In this document: piece after piece, positions 28,589 through 42,015 of the stretch
Numbering within the stretch: the stretch's first letter is position 1
Layout of the letters: each line of letters starts with the position of its first letter
Assembly (NCBI GenBank): GCA_964016885.1
Contig: OZ024740.1
Location: forward strand, 273,916,001 to 273,980,000
Length of the DNA stretch: 64,000 nt
Direction: 5' to 3'
Origin: Eledone cirrhosa
Lineage: Eukaryota
Position numbers and translations under genes: made by a program
Notes under the pieces: generated by a model
The model's database searches: none
The model's input: the letters and a program-made list of their open reading frames with translations, nothing else
What the model was told of the DNA's origin: nothing

Positions 28589-29075
28589 TTAATAATAATA
28601 ATTACAATCACAGCCATGGTTTATAATATGAGAGCAGGCACAGCAACAACACGAACAAGAGCAAAATGCATCGTAACAAAACGATGCAAGAAAATGATGA
28701 ACAAATAAATAAAGGCATAAAAGAAATCAGTGTAAAGAAGCATAAGACTATGTAATAAAAATGCTTTTTGTAAAATACTTGGCAGAACTGTAATCATTCA
28801 CTGGACGGAAATGGTTCAAAGTTCTTCACTCATCTCTAATTTGTCTCATTCCGTCATATTTGTTATTGTTTTATCTTTTTTGGTGGTTAATCAAAAGTTC
28901 TTTTTCTCAAAATTAAGCAGCTTTCTTTGAAAATTCCATCGATATCTGCTTTATTCTTTTTGACTAATGAATTTATTGTCATTGTCATTATATATCATCA
29001 TCGTCGTCGTCTTTGACATCATACACCTTATTCTTACCATCATAATCAAAATTATCATCATAATGATCACCACCT

Positions 29076-29149
<74 letters not shown>

Positions 29150-30487
29150 GTTCTTTGAGTCTCAGTCATTGATGTTAGTTAACTGGAAAGTTTGTTGAAA
29201 TGAATATCAAGCCGCTACCAGCAGCCTCAGATATTCAGGACGTATCGGAGGGTTCTTGCTGTTCCCAGCAAGCATGCCTTTTGAAGTGTTCCAAAAAGCG
29301 GGGCGGGGCCAATTTTCTTTTCCATCATTGGAAACTCTTTGAGATAGTACCTAGTGCGCCTATGACAATCGGGACCACTTTGACTTCATGGCAGTCCCAA
29401 ATCCTGTTTACCTCCCACTTTAAGTCCTGGTATCGGTTATTTTCTCCCTCTCCTTCTCTTGCACTCTCGTTTCAAATGGGCAGGCTACATCTACAATCAG
29501 GCACGATCTTTTTTCCTTGTCCAAAACCATCATGTCAGGCCTATTGTGTTCTAATTTCTTGACCGTCTGTATCCTAAAATCCCATAGCACCTTCACCTGA
29601 TCGTTTTCTATCACCGACTCTGGCTTATGCTCATGCCACTTCTCAGAATGTGGTAAATTGTTTACTTTGCATAGATGCCAGTGGATGACCCTGCCTATCA
29701 CATCATGTCTCCAGCCTTTATAGTGAGACTGGACTAGGTGTTTACACTCGGATACAATGTGAGCCACAGTCACCTCTCTCTCTCCACAGTGAGCTAGCCT
29801 CCTCCTTGTAAATATGGTGTTTCACCCATTTCGTTCTGAGGGCCTGCTCTTGCGCAGCCATTAGCATTCCTTCTGTAGCTTTTTTAAGGTCTCCTCTTTT
29901 TAACCAGTTCCATGTCTATGGATCTCTAAATTCAGTTTTCCTAAAGAAGGTACTAGGAATGGATTTTTCATGAAGGTTGCTCTTCCTTCTTATTGTTATT
30001 CCTTCCTTGGACATCCCCTGGTCTATTGTCTTATCCTAGTACAATTTTGAGCATTGGCACCCTACTGTCAGTCACGTATTTGTGCAGGGTTTTTTTTCTC
30101 CATCTGAACACAGTCCTCTATGGTGATAAGACCTCTTCCACCTTCAGATCTCTTTAAGTAGAGTCTATCGACATCACTCCTCTTGTGGAAGATGTAGTAG
30201 ATAGTCAATAGCTTCCTAGTCTTCCTATCCATTTCTTTTTGTTCAGCCACATTCCATCTCAGAATTCCCGCAATGTACCTAATAATTGTTTCTACTTTAG
30301 GCACAAGGCCAGCAATTATTCCAGTGCATTACTGGTACTTACAGCTCGGGACTCGGGAATTCACTGCACTTATGACATTCCTACTATTTAGATGTGATTA
30401 AATACACTCCTTACTCTTCTTATGTACTCAGATCTTATCAATTCCTTCATTTTTTTTGTTTTTGATGTCATCTGCCTCCAGAATACC
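29150..30487 (-). mobile_element. R4/Dong-like RLE non-LTR retrotransposon, 5'-truncated pseudogene
   Basis: TVAHIVSECK...RHD...VLWDFRIQT...HNRPDMMVLDK...IVDVACP (CCHC remnant plus PD..D endonuclease) and RLYLKRSEGGRGL. (TAA)n on both flanks; short SINE tail inserted at ~30283-30340. Confidence 0.88.
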
Positions 30488-30502
30488 TATTATTATTATT
30501 AC

Positions 30503-30535
<33 letters not shown>

Positions 30536-30540
30536 GGACG

Positions 30541-30722
30541 GTGGATTGGCAGTATTGGTAGAGGGTCGGACGCCATGCTTTGACGCATAGAGTTACGGTC
30601 CTTGCCATTCTGAGTTCAAATCCCGCCGAGTTTAACTTTGTCTTTCATCCTCACGGGGTCGATGAAATAAAGTACCAGTAATGCACTTGGTATTGTTGGC
30701 CTTGTGCCAAAAGTAGAAACAA
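30541..30722 (+). mobile_element. SINE family A, full length
   Basis: Head and core; attattattattatggacg duplicated on both sides. Confidence 0.92.
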
Positions 30723-30964
30723 TTATTATTATTATGGACGCACATATGTGAAGACAGTACAAGTCTGCGGGGGAAAATGTTCGTAACTCTAAGCTGTTTT
30801 AACGTATCATTTTTTGTATTTTCTTGTCGTTAACGAAACATAAGGTACACATCTTGGTTTCAAGGGAGTGATACCTGTCTATATTCGGGCTTTAAGTCCG
30901 AATATTCAGATTTATTTTTTAAAACTATTTAAACCCCCCCCCCCCCATACCACCCCCACCCCCA

Positions 30965-32933
30965 ATGGAAATTTTCGACCTTGAAACGGTAAACAACGTT
31001 CAGGACAACATTTTAAAAGCAGCCACTGTAGATTTCGCCACAACTACGAAAGCTACTCTACTGAAAGTGAAGGCAAAACTCAAAAGCTACCATCACAACA
31101 TTCTGTGTTAGCATCAGTATCATCTGAAAACGACATCACCACCACCACCGCCGCCACCGCCACCACAGTCACCACCACCACAACAACAACAACTCAGAGC
31201 AACAACGACAATAACACCGACAGCTTCAATGTAAACACAGATGGCGGTGGCAACAGCAACAACAAACAAAACAACAACAACAACAAACAATAACGACAAG
31301 AACGACAACACCAACAACAAGAGCAACAGAGGCAGCACCTTTGCTGCAGCAGCAGCAAAAACAAAGCGCCTATTGGATATTGATATTAGCGATAAAGACG
31401 AACAGTTGGCCCAGGCGTGGAGGCTAATTAAACGGGAGAAGTCCTCGGTAAACCTGACCATCCCGGACGGGGCAATAGCGGCCATGCAAAGGAGGACGGT
31501 GAACTTTCGATACATTTCGGTGCAGACGCGAAAAGTGGAACTTGCCAGCCAAGCAGAGGTCGAGGCTGTTTTGCAGTGCATCGGAAGTGACATAGAGTAT
31601 AAAGCAAGGGCCAAACAGTTCGGTACCATCTCGGTACTGTTCAAAACCGAGGCCCTTGCTATTAAGCACTCGGTGACCCCCCTGCAGAACGGAATACATC
31701 ATCATGCACCCGTCCTACATGGGTAAAAGGACAGTAAAGGTCTGCATTCCCAGCATCCCACCAGGAATGAACATATGGTGGCTGCTGGGATGCGTAATCG
31801 CGGAGGGGACAGACACTACCCTCCTGGATGTCAAAAGGACAGAGAAAGAAGACTGGTCCAGAATGGATTTGGAGATTCTTCTCCAAATGAAACCGGAGGA
31901 CATGAACAACATCCCAGATTTTGCCCGCCTGCAGGACGGGACAACAATCCAACTAATCACTGAGGGAAGAAGCCCACACTGCTTCGTCTGCGGGGAAGCA
32001 ACGCATCTGCAAGCCTTCTGCCCTCAGCGCAAAAAATGCAGAGTGTCGCAAACCACCTTTGTTGCCAACGCCAGTGTCAGCACGGAAAGCTGCACCACCA
32101 CCACCACCAAAAACAACACCAACAAAGACACGGACGCCAACATCAAAAACAGCCGGACCACCACCAACACCGAAACAAATCCAAGGGGAAAACGAGGAAA
32201 GCCACCCCCCACCTCTACCCCCAATTATACACATAGAATAAAACAATAAACGCACACACAGACACAGAGGGACTCACAGCCATAGACCCTTTGTCTTCCA
32301 GCAGCAAAGGAAAACCCCAAAGTGCAAAAAAACAGAGAAACCTCACAAAAAAAGCCCCAACAAAACACAAAAACACACACAACAAAAAATACAGACACCA
32401 CTAACGCAAACACTTCCCCAATAACATCAGCACCACAAGCAACATCGACACCACCCCCACAATCCCCGAAACGCAAACAACCTAAACAAACATAAGTACA
32501 AATAAACACACAAATACCTGAACTTGCAGACACCACACCTACAACAAACACAGACATACCCGAAACAGTACCACTAAAAGCATAACCATCACAGTCACCA
32601 AAACGAAAACAAATAAAACCACACCAACAAAATGTTAAAAACTTCGTGCTTGTCAGAAGGGCCAACGATAAACTGATGGCGCTCTTAACACGAAGCGAGG
32701 AAATTCAAACAGAGGGTGAGATTTTTGAAATGAGCACATTTTGCGTGCCAGAAGATTTGCTTCTAGTCCGAATGTCACTCGATTCCTTAAAAGAAATTCG
32801 AGAGAGCTTTCCTCAAGACGTGGGAACCCCGAATGTGAAACCTACATCGAGACTTTTAAAGGGGTTCCCAAAAGAAACCACACCAACCATGGAAGTCGAA
32901 CCACCCGATTTTTCACAAGACCCTGGGAGGTAA
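30965..32933 (+). pseudogene. L1/Tx1 ORF1 (gag-like, CCHC knuckle), frameshifted
   Basis: ATG at 30965; ORF pieces 31241-31726, 31704-32249 (HCFVCGEATHLQAFC) and 32646-32933; T/N-rich low-complexity linkers. Confidence 0.8.
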
Positions 32934-32967
32934 GTAAACCTCCCCTCTCTCTTTTAGCTTGCCAACA

Positions 32968-35900
32968 TAGCCATATTAAGAATAGGAAGTTTAAATGTTC
33001 TTGGCCTGAGGTCACCCTGGAAGCAGGGTCGCCTGCTCAACGACCTCAGGTCGCTGAAAATGGATGTGATTGCCGTCAGCGAGACCAGAATTTCCGACAC
33101 GCGCGCACTATCAGATCTTCGCATCTGTTAGCAGGCCTGGAATGCGGTGGGGGGTGGGGGTGGGGGGGCAGTGCTGTTTAGAAAAGGACTGGATATCGAG
33201 GTAAGGTCTATCTTCCGGGACCCGGACGGTAAGTTGGTGATCTTGAATGTGAGTAGTAGCGAAGGTGGTGCCTTTAGACTGCTGGCCGTCTACGCCCTTA
33301 CAGGTGCCGGACGTCCGGACTTCTTTAGGCGCTTGGAGACCTTTCTGGGTACGTCTCGCCCTTTACTGTTAGCGGGAGACTGGAATGGCATCTTAGACGC
33401 ACACTGGGATTTTATGGGAGTAGCCGATAGGAGCGGGGGGTGCAAAAGCCTCAAGCACCTACTCAACCAGTTCTAACTGTCTGACAGGTATCGACTAGAT
33501 TTCCCCAATGTACCAGTATGGACATGGACCAACCGAATAGAGTCATCTAGATCGTATATAGAGAGGATGCTCATTAGGAAAATAGATAGAAATAGTGTAG
33601 GCTGCCCACTTTTTAAAACGGTCGCCTATTCAGATCTCAAATTTGTGATCTGTACGGTCGACCTAGATAAAACGCGTAGGTTAGGACCAGGTTACTGGAA
33701 GCTGAACATGTCATTTCCGGCACGTAAGGCTTACAGGGACCGAGTCAACATTTAGTTAAGCAAAAGTTGACGAGGGGGATCATCAACAACAGATCGTGGG
33801 CAGCTCTCAAAAGAGAGATTAGAGTAACATCGATTGAGTTCAGAAAAGAACTAGCGTTAGAGAAAAATAGAAAGGAGGGGTAGCTGGTAGATAAGTTAGA
33901 CGAGGCTATTTGTAGTGGCATTTCAACTGACATGCTAGCGGCGAGAATGGCATTAGACCAGATCTTCAATGTGAAACACGAAGGTTGCATTGTCAAAGCT
34001 AAGGCGCGTGCGTTGAGAAACGAGGGAACCAAAGCTGTTCGATGGGGCCGCGTGGCGGAGGCGCAGCGTGGTAATAAAACCACAATTCTGTCTTCGGCGG
34101 AGCGAGACGGACACGAGATAAGCGATTCCAAGCGGATGTGTGAGGCCTTTCGCCAGCACTTTACTCGGTTGTTCGGGGAGAGCGGCGAGTCAGAGAGAGT
34201 AGCGGATTTCAGACCCTACCTTGACGGCTTGCCGCGCATCACGACGGCTGACGCTGAGCGCTGCGAAAGGCCGATTACTTCAGCCGAAATCATGACGCCC
34301 TCGTCGGCTGCATGAGGCGCAAGTCACCCGGTTTGGCTGGCCTGCCCTACGAGCTTTACGTAAATATGCCAGACTTGTTCTCTGAACTCCTCGAAGCACT
34401 CTACTGCAACTGGCAGCAGAATGGGAGTATTCCCAGTTCTGTGAGCAGGGGAGTGGTGACGCTGATAATGAAAGACGAGAACAAGAGGGATACATTAGAT
34501 AACTTCAGGCCCATAACTCTGCTCAACACAGAGTTTAAGATTCTGGCCAAGGTGTTAGCAAATAGATTGGCGCCTGTCGTCGAGGATTTGGTTGGGGTGC
34601 CGCAAACTTGCGCAATCCCAGCCAGGTCGATACACGACAATCTCCACCTCATGCTATACATCATAGAGAGAGTAGGGTGTAAACCTGGCTTTGGTGGGGC
34701 ACTGATCAATTTAGATCAATCGAAAGCATTCGATGGGTCGACCATCGGTATCTGGAGTTTGTCCTCAAAGCAGCTGGCTTCGGCCCTGTCTTCAGAAGCT
34801 GGATCGCTGCAATGCACAGCGGCACACGCTCGGTGGTCAAGGTTAATGGCAACCTCTCGGAACCATTTCGGCTCTCCCGATCGGTCCGTCAAGGGTTCCC
34901 TCTCTTTCCCCTTCTGTACGTATTGACTCTCGAGCCTTTACTGCGGAAGCTGGAGCCGTTGCAGAGCATCCCGATCGAACCGGGACGTGGAAAGGAGGTG
35001 GGGGCTTATGCGGACGACAACACCGTGATGGTGTCAAACATATCAGAAATCGAGGTGGTCAGCACCTTATTGAAGGAATATGAAAGGTTGACAGGAGCCA
35101 AACTTAACCCGGAAAAGTCGCTGGGCTTGTAGCTCGGAACCTGGAGAGGCAAGCCCATGCCGTCCAACAGCGTCGTGGTGTGCTGGACGGACGGACCGGT
35201 AAAGTTACTCGGTGGAAAATAATTGGGACGAGGTAACGAGCAGAGTAGCCAGTCTCACCAAAAAATGGGCTGGGAGGAAGCTATCACTGAAAGGTCGCGC
35301 GGAGGTGGCGAATGCGTACATCGCGTCCGTCATCTACTACCGCATGATCGTCGTGCCTTTCCCCCGTCCGCGACTCGTCAAGTTGGAACGGCTCCTCTTC
35401 AAATTCTTGTGGAGGGGACAAGTTCCGTTGGTGAGGCGGTCCATCTGCTGCCAGCACCCTCTACGCGGAGGGTTGGGCATGCCCTGTTTAATGATGCGCA
35501 GACATGCGTTGAGGCTGCGACATCTTCAGATATTCTGCCTAAATGGTGAACAGGTGTGATCGCCGTTTATCAGACGGGCCTTTCCGCAGCTCATTTCCTT
35601 GACTGAGCTGCAGTCCTGGGTCAAGGAGAAACGTAGACTGGGTGACTGGCACCTGGAATGTTGCCAGGCACTCACTGCCCTCTACCAAGCGGGCAATGCG
35701 ATCAGTGGAACTTCCACTCTTGAGTTCTATAGAGGATTAATGGTGGGCAAGTGCGATGACGCACTCGAAGAAGCTTTGGGCCTCGACGAAGTCGAACTGA
35801 CCAGTCTGTACCGGAGGTCTTTCGAACCGGGGACGATGGACAATTTCCAGCAATCCCTCGCTTGGCAGAGTTACCGGGGGGCAATGCCGGTTCGGGATAA

Positions 35901-36353
35901 ACTCTATAGGCACGGAAGTGCTGTCAGACGGACCTGCCCAAGATGCGCAGAGAACGACGAAACTGTTCTGCACGCACTTGTCCAATGTCCGTGCATTACT
36001 GACTTGTGGAGTTATGTCGAACAGCTACTGTCGCGTGTGAAACGAATCCGGCTATCGGCCGAGTCCATAGTGAAGATCGACCCGCCGCCTTCCTTAGGTC
36101 AGGAAGAGCAGGAAATTTTCCTCTGTCTGGTGGCAGTTGCGAAAGGGGTTATATGGTGGACCAGATTAAAAGGACTGAAGATAGACACTTTTCTCTTCGG
36201 CCAATCCCTCATCAACTTCTGCTTCAAGTTTCACATGGAAAGGAAGGTGAGGGTGGAGAGAGAAGTGCTGACCCCAGTACATTTGTTAAAAGGTGGATGA
36301 ATGTGGCGAGAAAGGCTCGTGTGAATGGGCCTACTCTGACCATGCGCCTATAG
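32968..36353 (+). pseudogene. L1/Tx1 ORF2 (APE endonuclease, reverse transcriptase, C-terminal zinc motif), disrupted
   Basis: IGSLNV.GL...SET, LAGDWN, SD.K, GPGYWKLN, KSPG..GLP.ELY, NFRPITLLNTEFKILAK, LDQSKAFD, VRQG.PL.PLLY, AYADD, CPRC...ETV.HALVQC. Confidence 0.92.
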
Positions 36354-36650
36354 GCTAGCTAACTTGAGGAGAGGGGTGCTCTCCCTGGGTGCCCTAGAAT
36401 CGCAGGGTGGTTAAGGATTGGTGGGGTACCCAAGTCACCCCAGGGTCGTCCACCCCTATTGGGGAATTTATTTTGTTATATTTATGCATAGTTTATTTTA
36501 TATTTTTATATCTTCATTGTTAAATTAGTCTTGCCATTATGCACTTTTACTCGACCTTATTGTAAACCCCCACTGTCCCTGTCTATGTATTGTCCCCTAC
36601 ATGTCGGCCCTTGTGGCTAATAAATGAAATCATTATTATTATTATTGTTC

Positions 36651-36826
36651 GGTGGATTGGCAGTATCGGTAGAGGGTCGTAACTATGCTTTCCAGCATAG
36701 TTACGTCCCTTTACGATCTGAGTTCAAATCCCGCCGAGGTTGACTTTGCCTTTCATCCCTACGGGGTCGATAAAATAAAGTACCAGTAATGCACTGGGTA
36801 TTTGCTGGCCTTGTGCCTAAAGTAGA
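36651..36826 (+). mobile_element. SINE family A; an older diverged copy follows at ~36920-37105
   Basis: Head and core. Confidence 0.9.
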
Positions 36827-37905
36827 AAAAAAACCCCAAAAAACTATTATTATTATTGTTGTTGTTGTTGTTGTTGTTATTACTGTTGTTGTTATAGTAT
36901 TGTTGTGTTTTGAAAGAGTGGTAGATTGGAAGTATCGGTAGAACGCCGGGCAAAATGTTTTGCCGTATTTAGTTACAACGTACATTCTCAGTTCAAATCC
37001 CGTAGAGAGCAACTTTATTTTCATCTTTCTGTGTTCAATAAAAGTAAGTACCAGTTAAATACTAGGTCGATAAATTAACCCCAAATGCCAGGACTTGTTA
37101 GAAATAACTATTACTCTCTTTTGATATGAATAGCTTTGGTTTTAGAACGAACGTTCAATGAAAATTGGATATTTGAAATGTTATGGTGGATCTTTTTATT
37201 TTTAATTGAGTTTGGACTTCGAAAGGTCTTGACGTCTGCACCTGTTCAAGTGATAGATAAATGGCTGTCTGGCTTTCAGATATATTGTTTTGTTTATAAA
37301 GAATTCTTCTGCTGTTTATATTTAGTTCATCGAGGTTCCTACTGTATAGGACCCATAAGCGATACTAATAACGACGTAGCACTGGGTAATCACCAAAAGG
37401 AAATCTTTATCAAATACATGTAAACAAATTTAAAACAAAATAAATGGAAACAAAAGATAGTCAGTTACAACAACAACAAAAACAGTCGCAATCTCGTATC
37501 TCAAAACACAAATTTGCTCGACGTCAATAAAGTACTAACAATAACAACAACGACAACATCAACACAAACTTGTACAATATCAACAAATACAATCACTACA
37601 ACACATTGGCAAGCATTACAATACGAAAGGACGTTTGAGACATGGTTTGAAAACAGTTAAAAATATTGTAGGCGACTGTCATATGCCCTTAAGGGAATAA
37701 TTTACAGGAGCTCCAAACGATGCGTGGCACTATGTGGTGCTAGTGACAGAGATAGACCACCTGCATGTATGTGCTTGGTCTTTAAACATTGCTGTTGTTC
37801 GCCAAACTGAAGATATGCAGTTTTTACCATCACTATTATATGAATGTCACTTCTCAGTTTAATACAATGAAGCATTAGGAAAATTGACATCGTGTACATA
37901 CATAC

Positions 37906-38067
37906 GATATTTCAGGTGACTAGGTTTATTAACTAGCTTTGCATCATATAATCTTGATTGATTAATAAAACCAACCTCAGAAATATAAACACGCTCACAA
38001 TGGGAACCTGGGAAAATACTGTTAATATATTTTGGGTCTCGTTTCACAGGCGCGTGTTTGGAACATA
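37906..38067 (-). CDS. Candidate coding exon of an unknown protein
   Basis: Minus-strand ctttctacag acceptor, open frame CSKHAPVKRDPKYINSIFPGSHCERVYISEVGFINQSRLYDAKLVNKPSHLKY, GTATGT donor. Confidence 0.35.
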
Positions 38068-38817
38068 CTGTAGAAAGCTACATAATGGCTACAGAGAGTC
38101 ACATATTTAGTGCTCGAGCTTTCTGTACTCAGTTATTAACATATTAAACAATCGCTCAATTAACATCCTATGATCTTAAAAACAGAAAGGCGCAGAAGAT
38201 AATGTAGTGATAGATACATTATGTCATGGTAGACTATGACCGAATACAATCCACTTGATACTGAAATACATTTACATTTGATCCTGGGCCACCGTGATAT
38301 TTGGAGGATATAAGTTTATTAGAAATTCTCTTACCAATATTATTTGATTTTTAACAGCAAATTCAGTAGTTTTTTGGTATTTAATGACATTTACATTCTG
38401 ATATCAAATACTGCTAGCTGCAATATTTGCCTTTCATCCTTCCGAGGTTGATAATATTAGTAGTTTGAGAGATTATAATTGACAGTTCCTTTCATTCAAT
38501 ATATATGGCCTTGTACGTATGTTAAAAACCAATATTATTTAATTCAATTATTCCATATAGAGGTGCAGGCATAGTTATGTGGCTAAAAAGTTCTCTCCGC
38601 AACCACGTAATTTCGAGTTCAGTCGCACTTTATCTTCTACTATTTTGTGGGTGAAATTTGGTAGGCTGAAATTAAGCAGAAGCTCATCGCATATATATAT
38701 ATACTGTATGTTTAATTAACTGTATGTAATATACTGTATGTTTAATTAAAAACATTCGCTATGAGTTTTAAAGTAGTGACTACGTCACTTACTAGTTCTA
38801 GGCAAATACAACAGAGA

Positions 38818-38867
38818 GCGGCCGACAGACAGTCTGTTTCTCGCTTGTGAGCGTTTATCAAGACCAC
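38818..38867 (-). ncRNA. Type I hammerhead ribozyme, U3-A8 core variant
   Basis: Minus strand: gtggtc TTGATAA a cgct caca agcg a GAAA cagac t gtctg TC ggccgc. Confidence 0.8.
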
Positions 38868-39228
38868 ACACTCAGTTGCCTTTGCTGAGAATTATACAGG
38901 TTGGATTCTTATAGAATTCCAGTAATAATCAGGAGCAGATTATACAGAGCGATTGCCGGTCCACCAAAAATTACGTATTAGTATTGGTGCTCTGAAATAG
39001 CAATGTATACATGAATGTATGTATAGTATATTTGGCAATATATTGTATGTTTAATTAAAAACATTTAGAAGACCATTCATTATGAGTTGTTAAGTAGTGA
39101 CTATGTCACTTACTTATTCTCCGCAAAAACAAAAGAGGGTGACCGTTACTTAATTAGCTCCTGATTATTACTGGAATTCTATAAGAATCCAGCCTCTATA
39201 ATTCTCGGCAAAGGCAACTGAGTGTGTC

Positions 39229-39278
39229 GTGGCCTTGATAAACGCTCACAAGTGAGTACCAGACTGTCTGTCGGCCGC
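39229..39278 (+). ncRNA. Mutated hammerhead copy (GAAA changed to GTAC)
   Basis: gtggcc TTGATAA a cgct caca agtg a GTAC cagactgtctg TC ggccgc. Confidence 0.6.
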
Positions 39279-39487
39279 CCTCTGTTGTTCTTGCAAAGAA
39301 TAAATAAGTGACATAGTCACTACTTTAAAACTCATAGCGAATGGTCTTCTAGATGTGTTTAATTAAACATACAGTATATTGCCAAGTATACTATATATAA
39401 ATATATATATATATAAAGAAAAAGAGATGAAATCGAAAATGCAACTGAAGTCTTATTTTTTAAAAAAATATATATATTTATTTGGTT

Positions 39488-39525
39488 CCTTTACCGGTTT
39501 CGCAGTTCTTCTGCTTTTCAAAAGG
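39488..39525 (-). ncRNA. Pseudo-LTR hammerhead ribozyme, U3-A8 core variant
   Basis: Minus strand: cctt TTGAAAA gcag aagaa ctgc GAAA ccgg TA aagg. Confidence 0.85.
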
Positions 39526-40689
39526 TGAGTTGAGATGGAGGGTCTGTGGTTTTTCTCACATCTGGTTGGTCTCTAAATGTTACTTGTTTTATATGGAAAA
39601 AGTGGGTCGAAAGCCAGGTTTTTCGAGAAGTAATTTGATTGGTTTGTCAATAATTATAATAAATTTCGCGCCAGTTCGCGTTACAATAGTTCTTCAAATA
39701 AGAGAGGGGGGGGGTTGTCACAGGTTGTTTTTTCATATATGAGTGTTTGAATTTCTTTTTACTTGAAACAAGGAGGCTCACGAAGGCTTTTTTTTGGTTG
39801 GTTATAAATGAAATTTGGCTGTCACGTGAACAAGTTTTCATTACATTTTTGCGCCCTTATTTGGAAAACTATTCTGTAGTCTTTATAGTGAATGTTATGA
39901 CAATGGAGAGATAGTGGTCAAGGGAAAAGGGATTGGGAGAAATGTTCTGGTTCAGTGAATATGGCCAGCTGTCAGAGTTCAGGTGTCAGAGTTCAGATTT
40001 TCTATTGAGACTGAAGATATGTGTTTATTTGTGTGCTTGTGTGTGTGTATATGTGTGTGTGTGTATGTGTGTATTGGAAGATGATTCTATTAGTAGAGAT
40101 GGGGGAGGGAGTTGTGTGTGTGTGTATATGGGTGTTATGTGTGTGGGAGTATGGTTAGCATGTTAAGATGAAGAGAATATATATATATTGTGTGTGTATG
40201 TGTGTGTGTAGGAAAGTGATTCCTTTAGTAGGAAGATGATTCTATTAGTAGAGATGGGGGAGGGAGTTGTGTGTGTGTGTGCGAGTATGTTAAGATGGAG
40301 AGAATATATATTTTGTGTGTATATATATATATATGTGTGTAGGAAAGTGGTTCTATTAGTAGAATGGGGAGGGAGTTGTAGGTGTGGGGGTTGTTATGTG
40401 TGTGTATGGGTGTTATGTGTGTGGGAGTATGGTTAGCATGTTAAGATGAAAAGAATATATATATATATATATATATATTGTGTGTGTGTGTATGTGTGTG
40501 TGTAGGAAAGTGATTCCTTTAGTAGGAATATTTTTGAATGAACATATTTTCCTGACTTTTTCGTGTTTGCTGTTGCATTTCCAGTGCAAACGTATGTTAA
40601 GGTTTATTTAGTTCGGGTTTTTATTTTCTAAACTAGAAGGTGTTATGTGTGTGTGTGTATGTCATATTGTGGTGTTGACATAATGTATA

Positions 40690-42015
40690 TTAAACCTTAT
40701 TTAATGTTGGTCTATATTTTTGAATAAACATATTTTCCTTATTTATTCGCATTTGTTCTGTTGTATTGTTAGCGCAAAGGTAAAATGGGAAGACTTGGAA
40801 TTTGGGTGTCTTATTACTTGCGCAAATGTCTAGATGTGCACTTAGTGGTATCTGTCTCGTGGTTGGATCTCCTGGTTGGCGATGAACTGTCATTCTGTTT
40901 CTGAGTGTGAGTTTACATTGCATCCTTTACATTTAATGGCATAAACTAGATTTTTTGATGAGCAAGTGAAGTAATTTTTTACAGTAAAATTTTGTCCTGA
41001 TTTAAATGTATACGTGTTGCCTTCAATGAGGTGAGTGCAGGTTCCACAATTAGAGCGACCACATTTTTTGATACTTGGTTGTGGGTTTGTGGTAGGTAAT
41101 TTGGCATTGGTGAGTAATGTTTTCAGTGATTTTGGTTGTCTTTTGCTTTTGATTATTTTGTGTGTTTCAAGGGCTTTTTTCATTCTTAGGTTTTGTTTTA
41201 GTAGTGGGATGTTATTGTGAATAGTGTTGTAAGCTTCCGCATTTCTTGGGTTGTGTGTTGAGATATATGATAGAATATTGGACGTACCTTGAATTTGTTT
41301 CTGTTTCCGTAATTCATCAATGCCTATTGCTTTAGCCCTTTCTATTCCATTATTTATTAGTAATAATGGGTATTCTCTCTCAAGTAGAATTTCCTTTAAT
41401 TCTTGAAGTCTTTTATTTCGCGTTTCATAATTGGAGACAATTGTGCACATTCTTCTTGCTAGGTTAAAAGGAATGTTCGTCTTCGTGTGCTTTGGATGGT
41501 TGGAGGTGAATAGCAGATATTGTTTGGAATCTGTTGGTTTGTATTGTATGTCAGTTTCGATATTTGTGTCTTTTTTTGTGATTAAGATGTCCAGAAATGG
41601 GAGTTGATCTTGGCTGTATTCCATTGTGAATTGGATGTGGTTATTGATGCCGTTTATTAAGTTTTTGAAATCCTTCAGTTGGTCGAGTGTGTGGGACCAA
41701 AGAATGAGGCAATAATCCAAGTAGCGTTTCCAATTCTCTGATAAATATTTGTGGAAGTTCAATCCGTATTTTGATTTGGACTGTTCATATATCTGGACTT
41801 CTAAGTATGCCATGACTAAGTTGGCATAAGTTGGAGCGGCTTTTGTGCCCATCGCAGTCCCCGATATTTGCTTGTAAGTATTGCCATCGAAATCAAAAAA
41901 GTTGTTCTGTAGGATGAATTTTAATCCCTCGGTGATGAAGCTTTTTTCTATTCTGTCAGGTATCTCATTGGGATATTTCTCTAGCCAGAATCCTATTGCT
42001 TCTAGTCCGTATTGG
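40690..42015 (-). pseudogene. Penelope RT/GIY-YIG polyprotein, N-terminally truncated and frameshifted
   Basis: YKQISGTAMGTKAAPTYANL, WKRYLDY (second catalytic Asp lost), LPFLD, YKPTD, CGRSNCGTC, NLVYAIKC. Frameshift into LRNRMTVHR...KENMFIQKYRPTLN; the YIG motif is missing at the junction. Confidence 0.9.

Larger units (their letters stand above)
30735..36631 (+). mobile_element. Full-length L1/Tx1-clade LINE, inactivated by stops and frameshifts
   Basis: 5' UTR, ORF1, ORF2 and 3' UTR with AATAAA at ~36619, followed by (ATT)n. Confidence 0.92.
38703..39400. mobile_element. Retrozyme-like ~310-320-bp unit: 1.3 tandem copies (-) plus an inverted copy (+); same family as 4719-5135
   Basis: Shared blocks ttcttatagaattc.agta, aatcaggagc.gattat.cagagcg, gctctgaaatagcaat, ttaattaaaa, agtagtgac. 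The unit restarts at ~39044 and inverts from ~39156. Confidence 0.78.

Noticed and set aside
39482-39742. Duplicated ORF MVPLPVSQFF... (also 42076-42510)
   Set aside because: Antisense reading of the Penelope pseudo-LTR, with no ATG start and no protein features.
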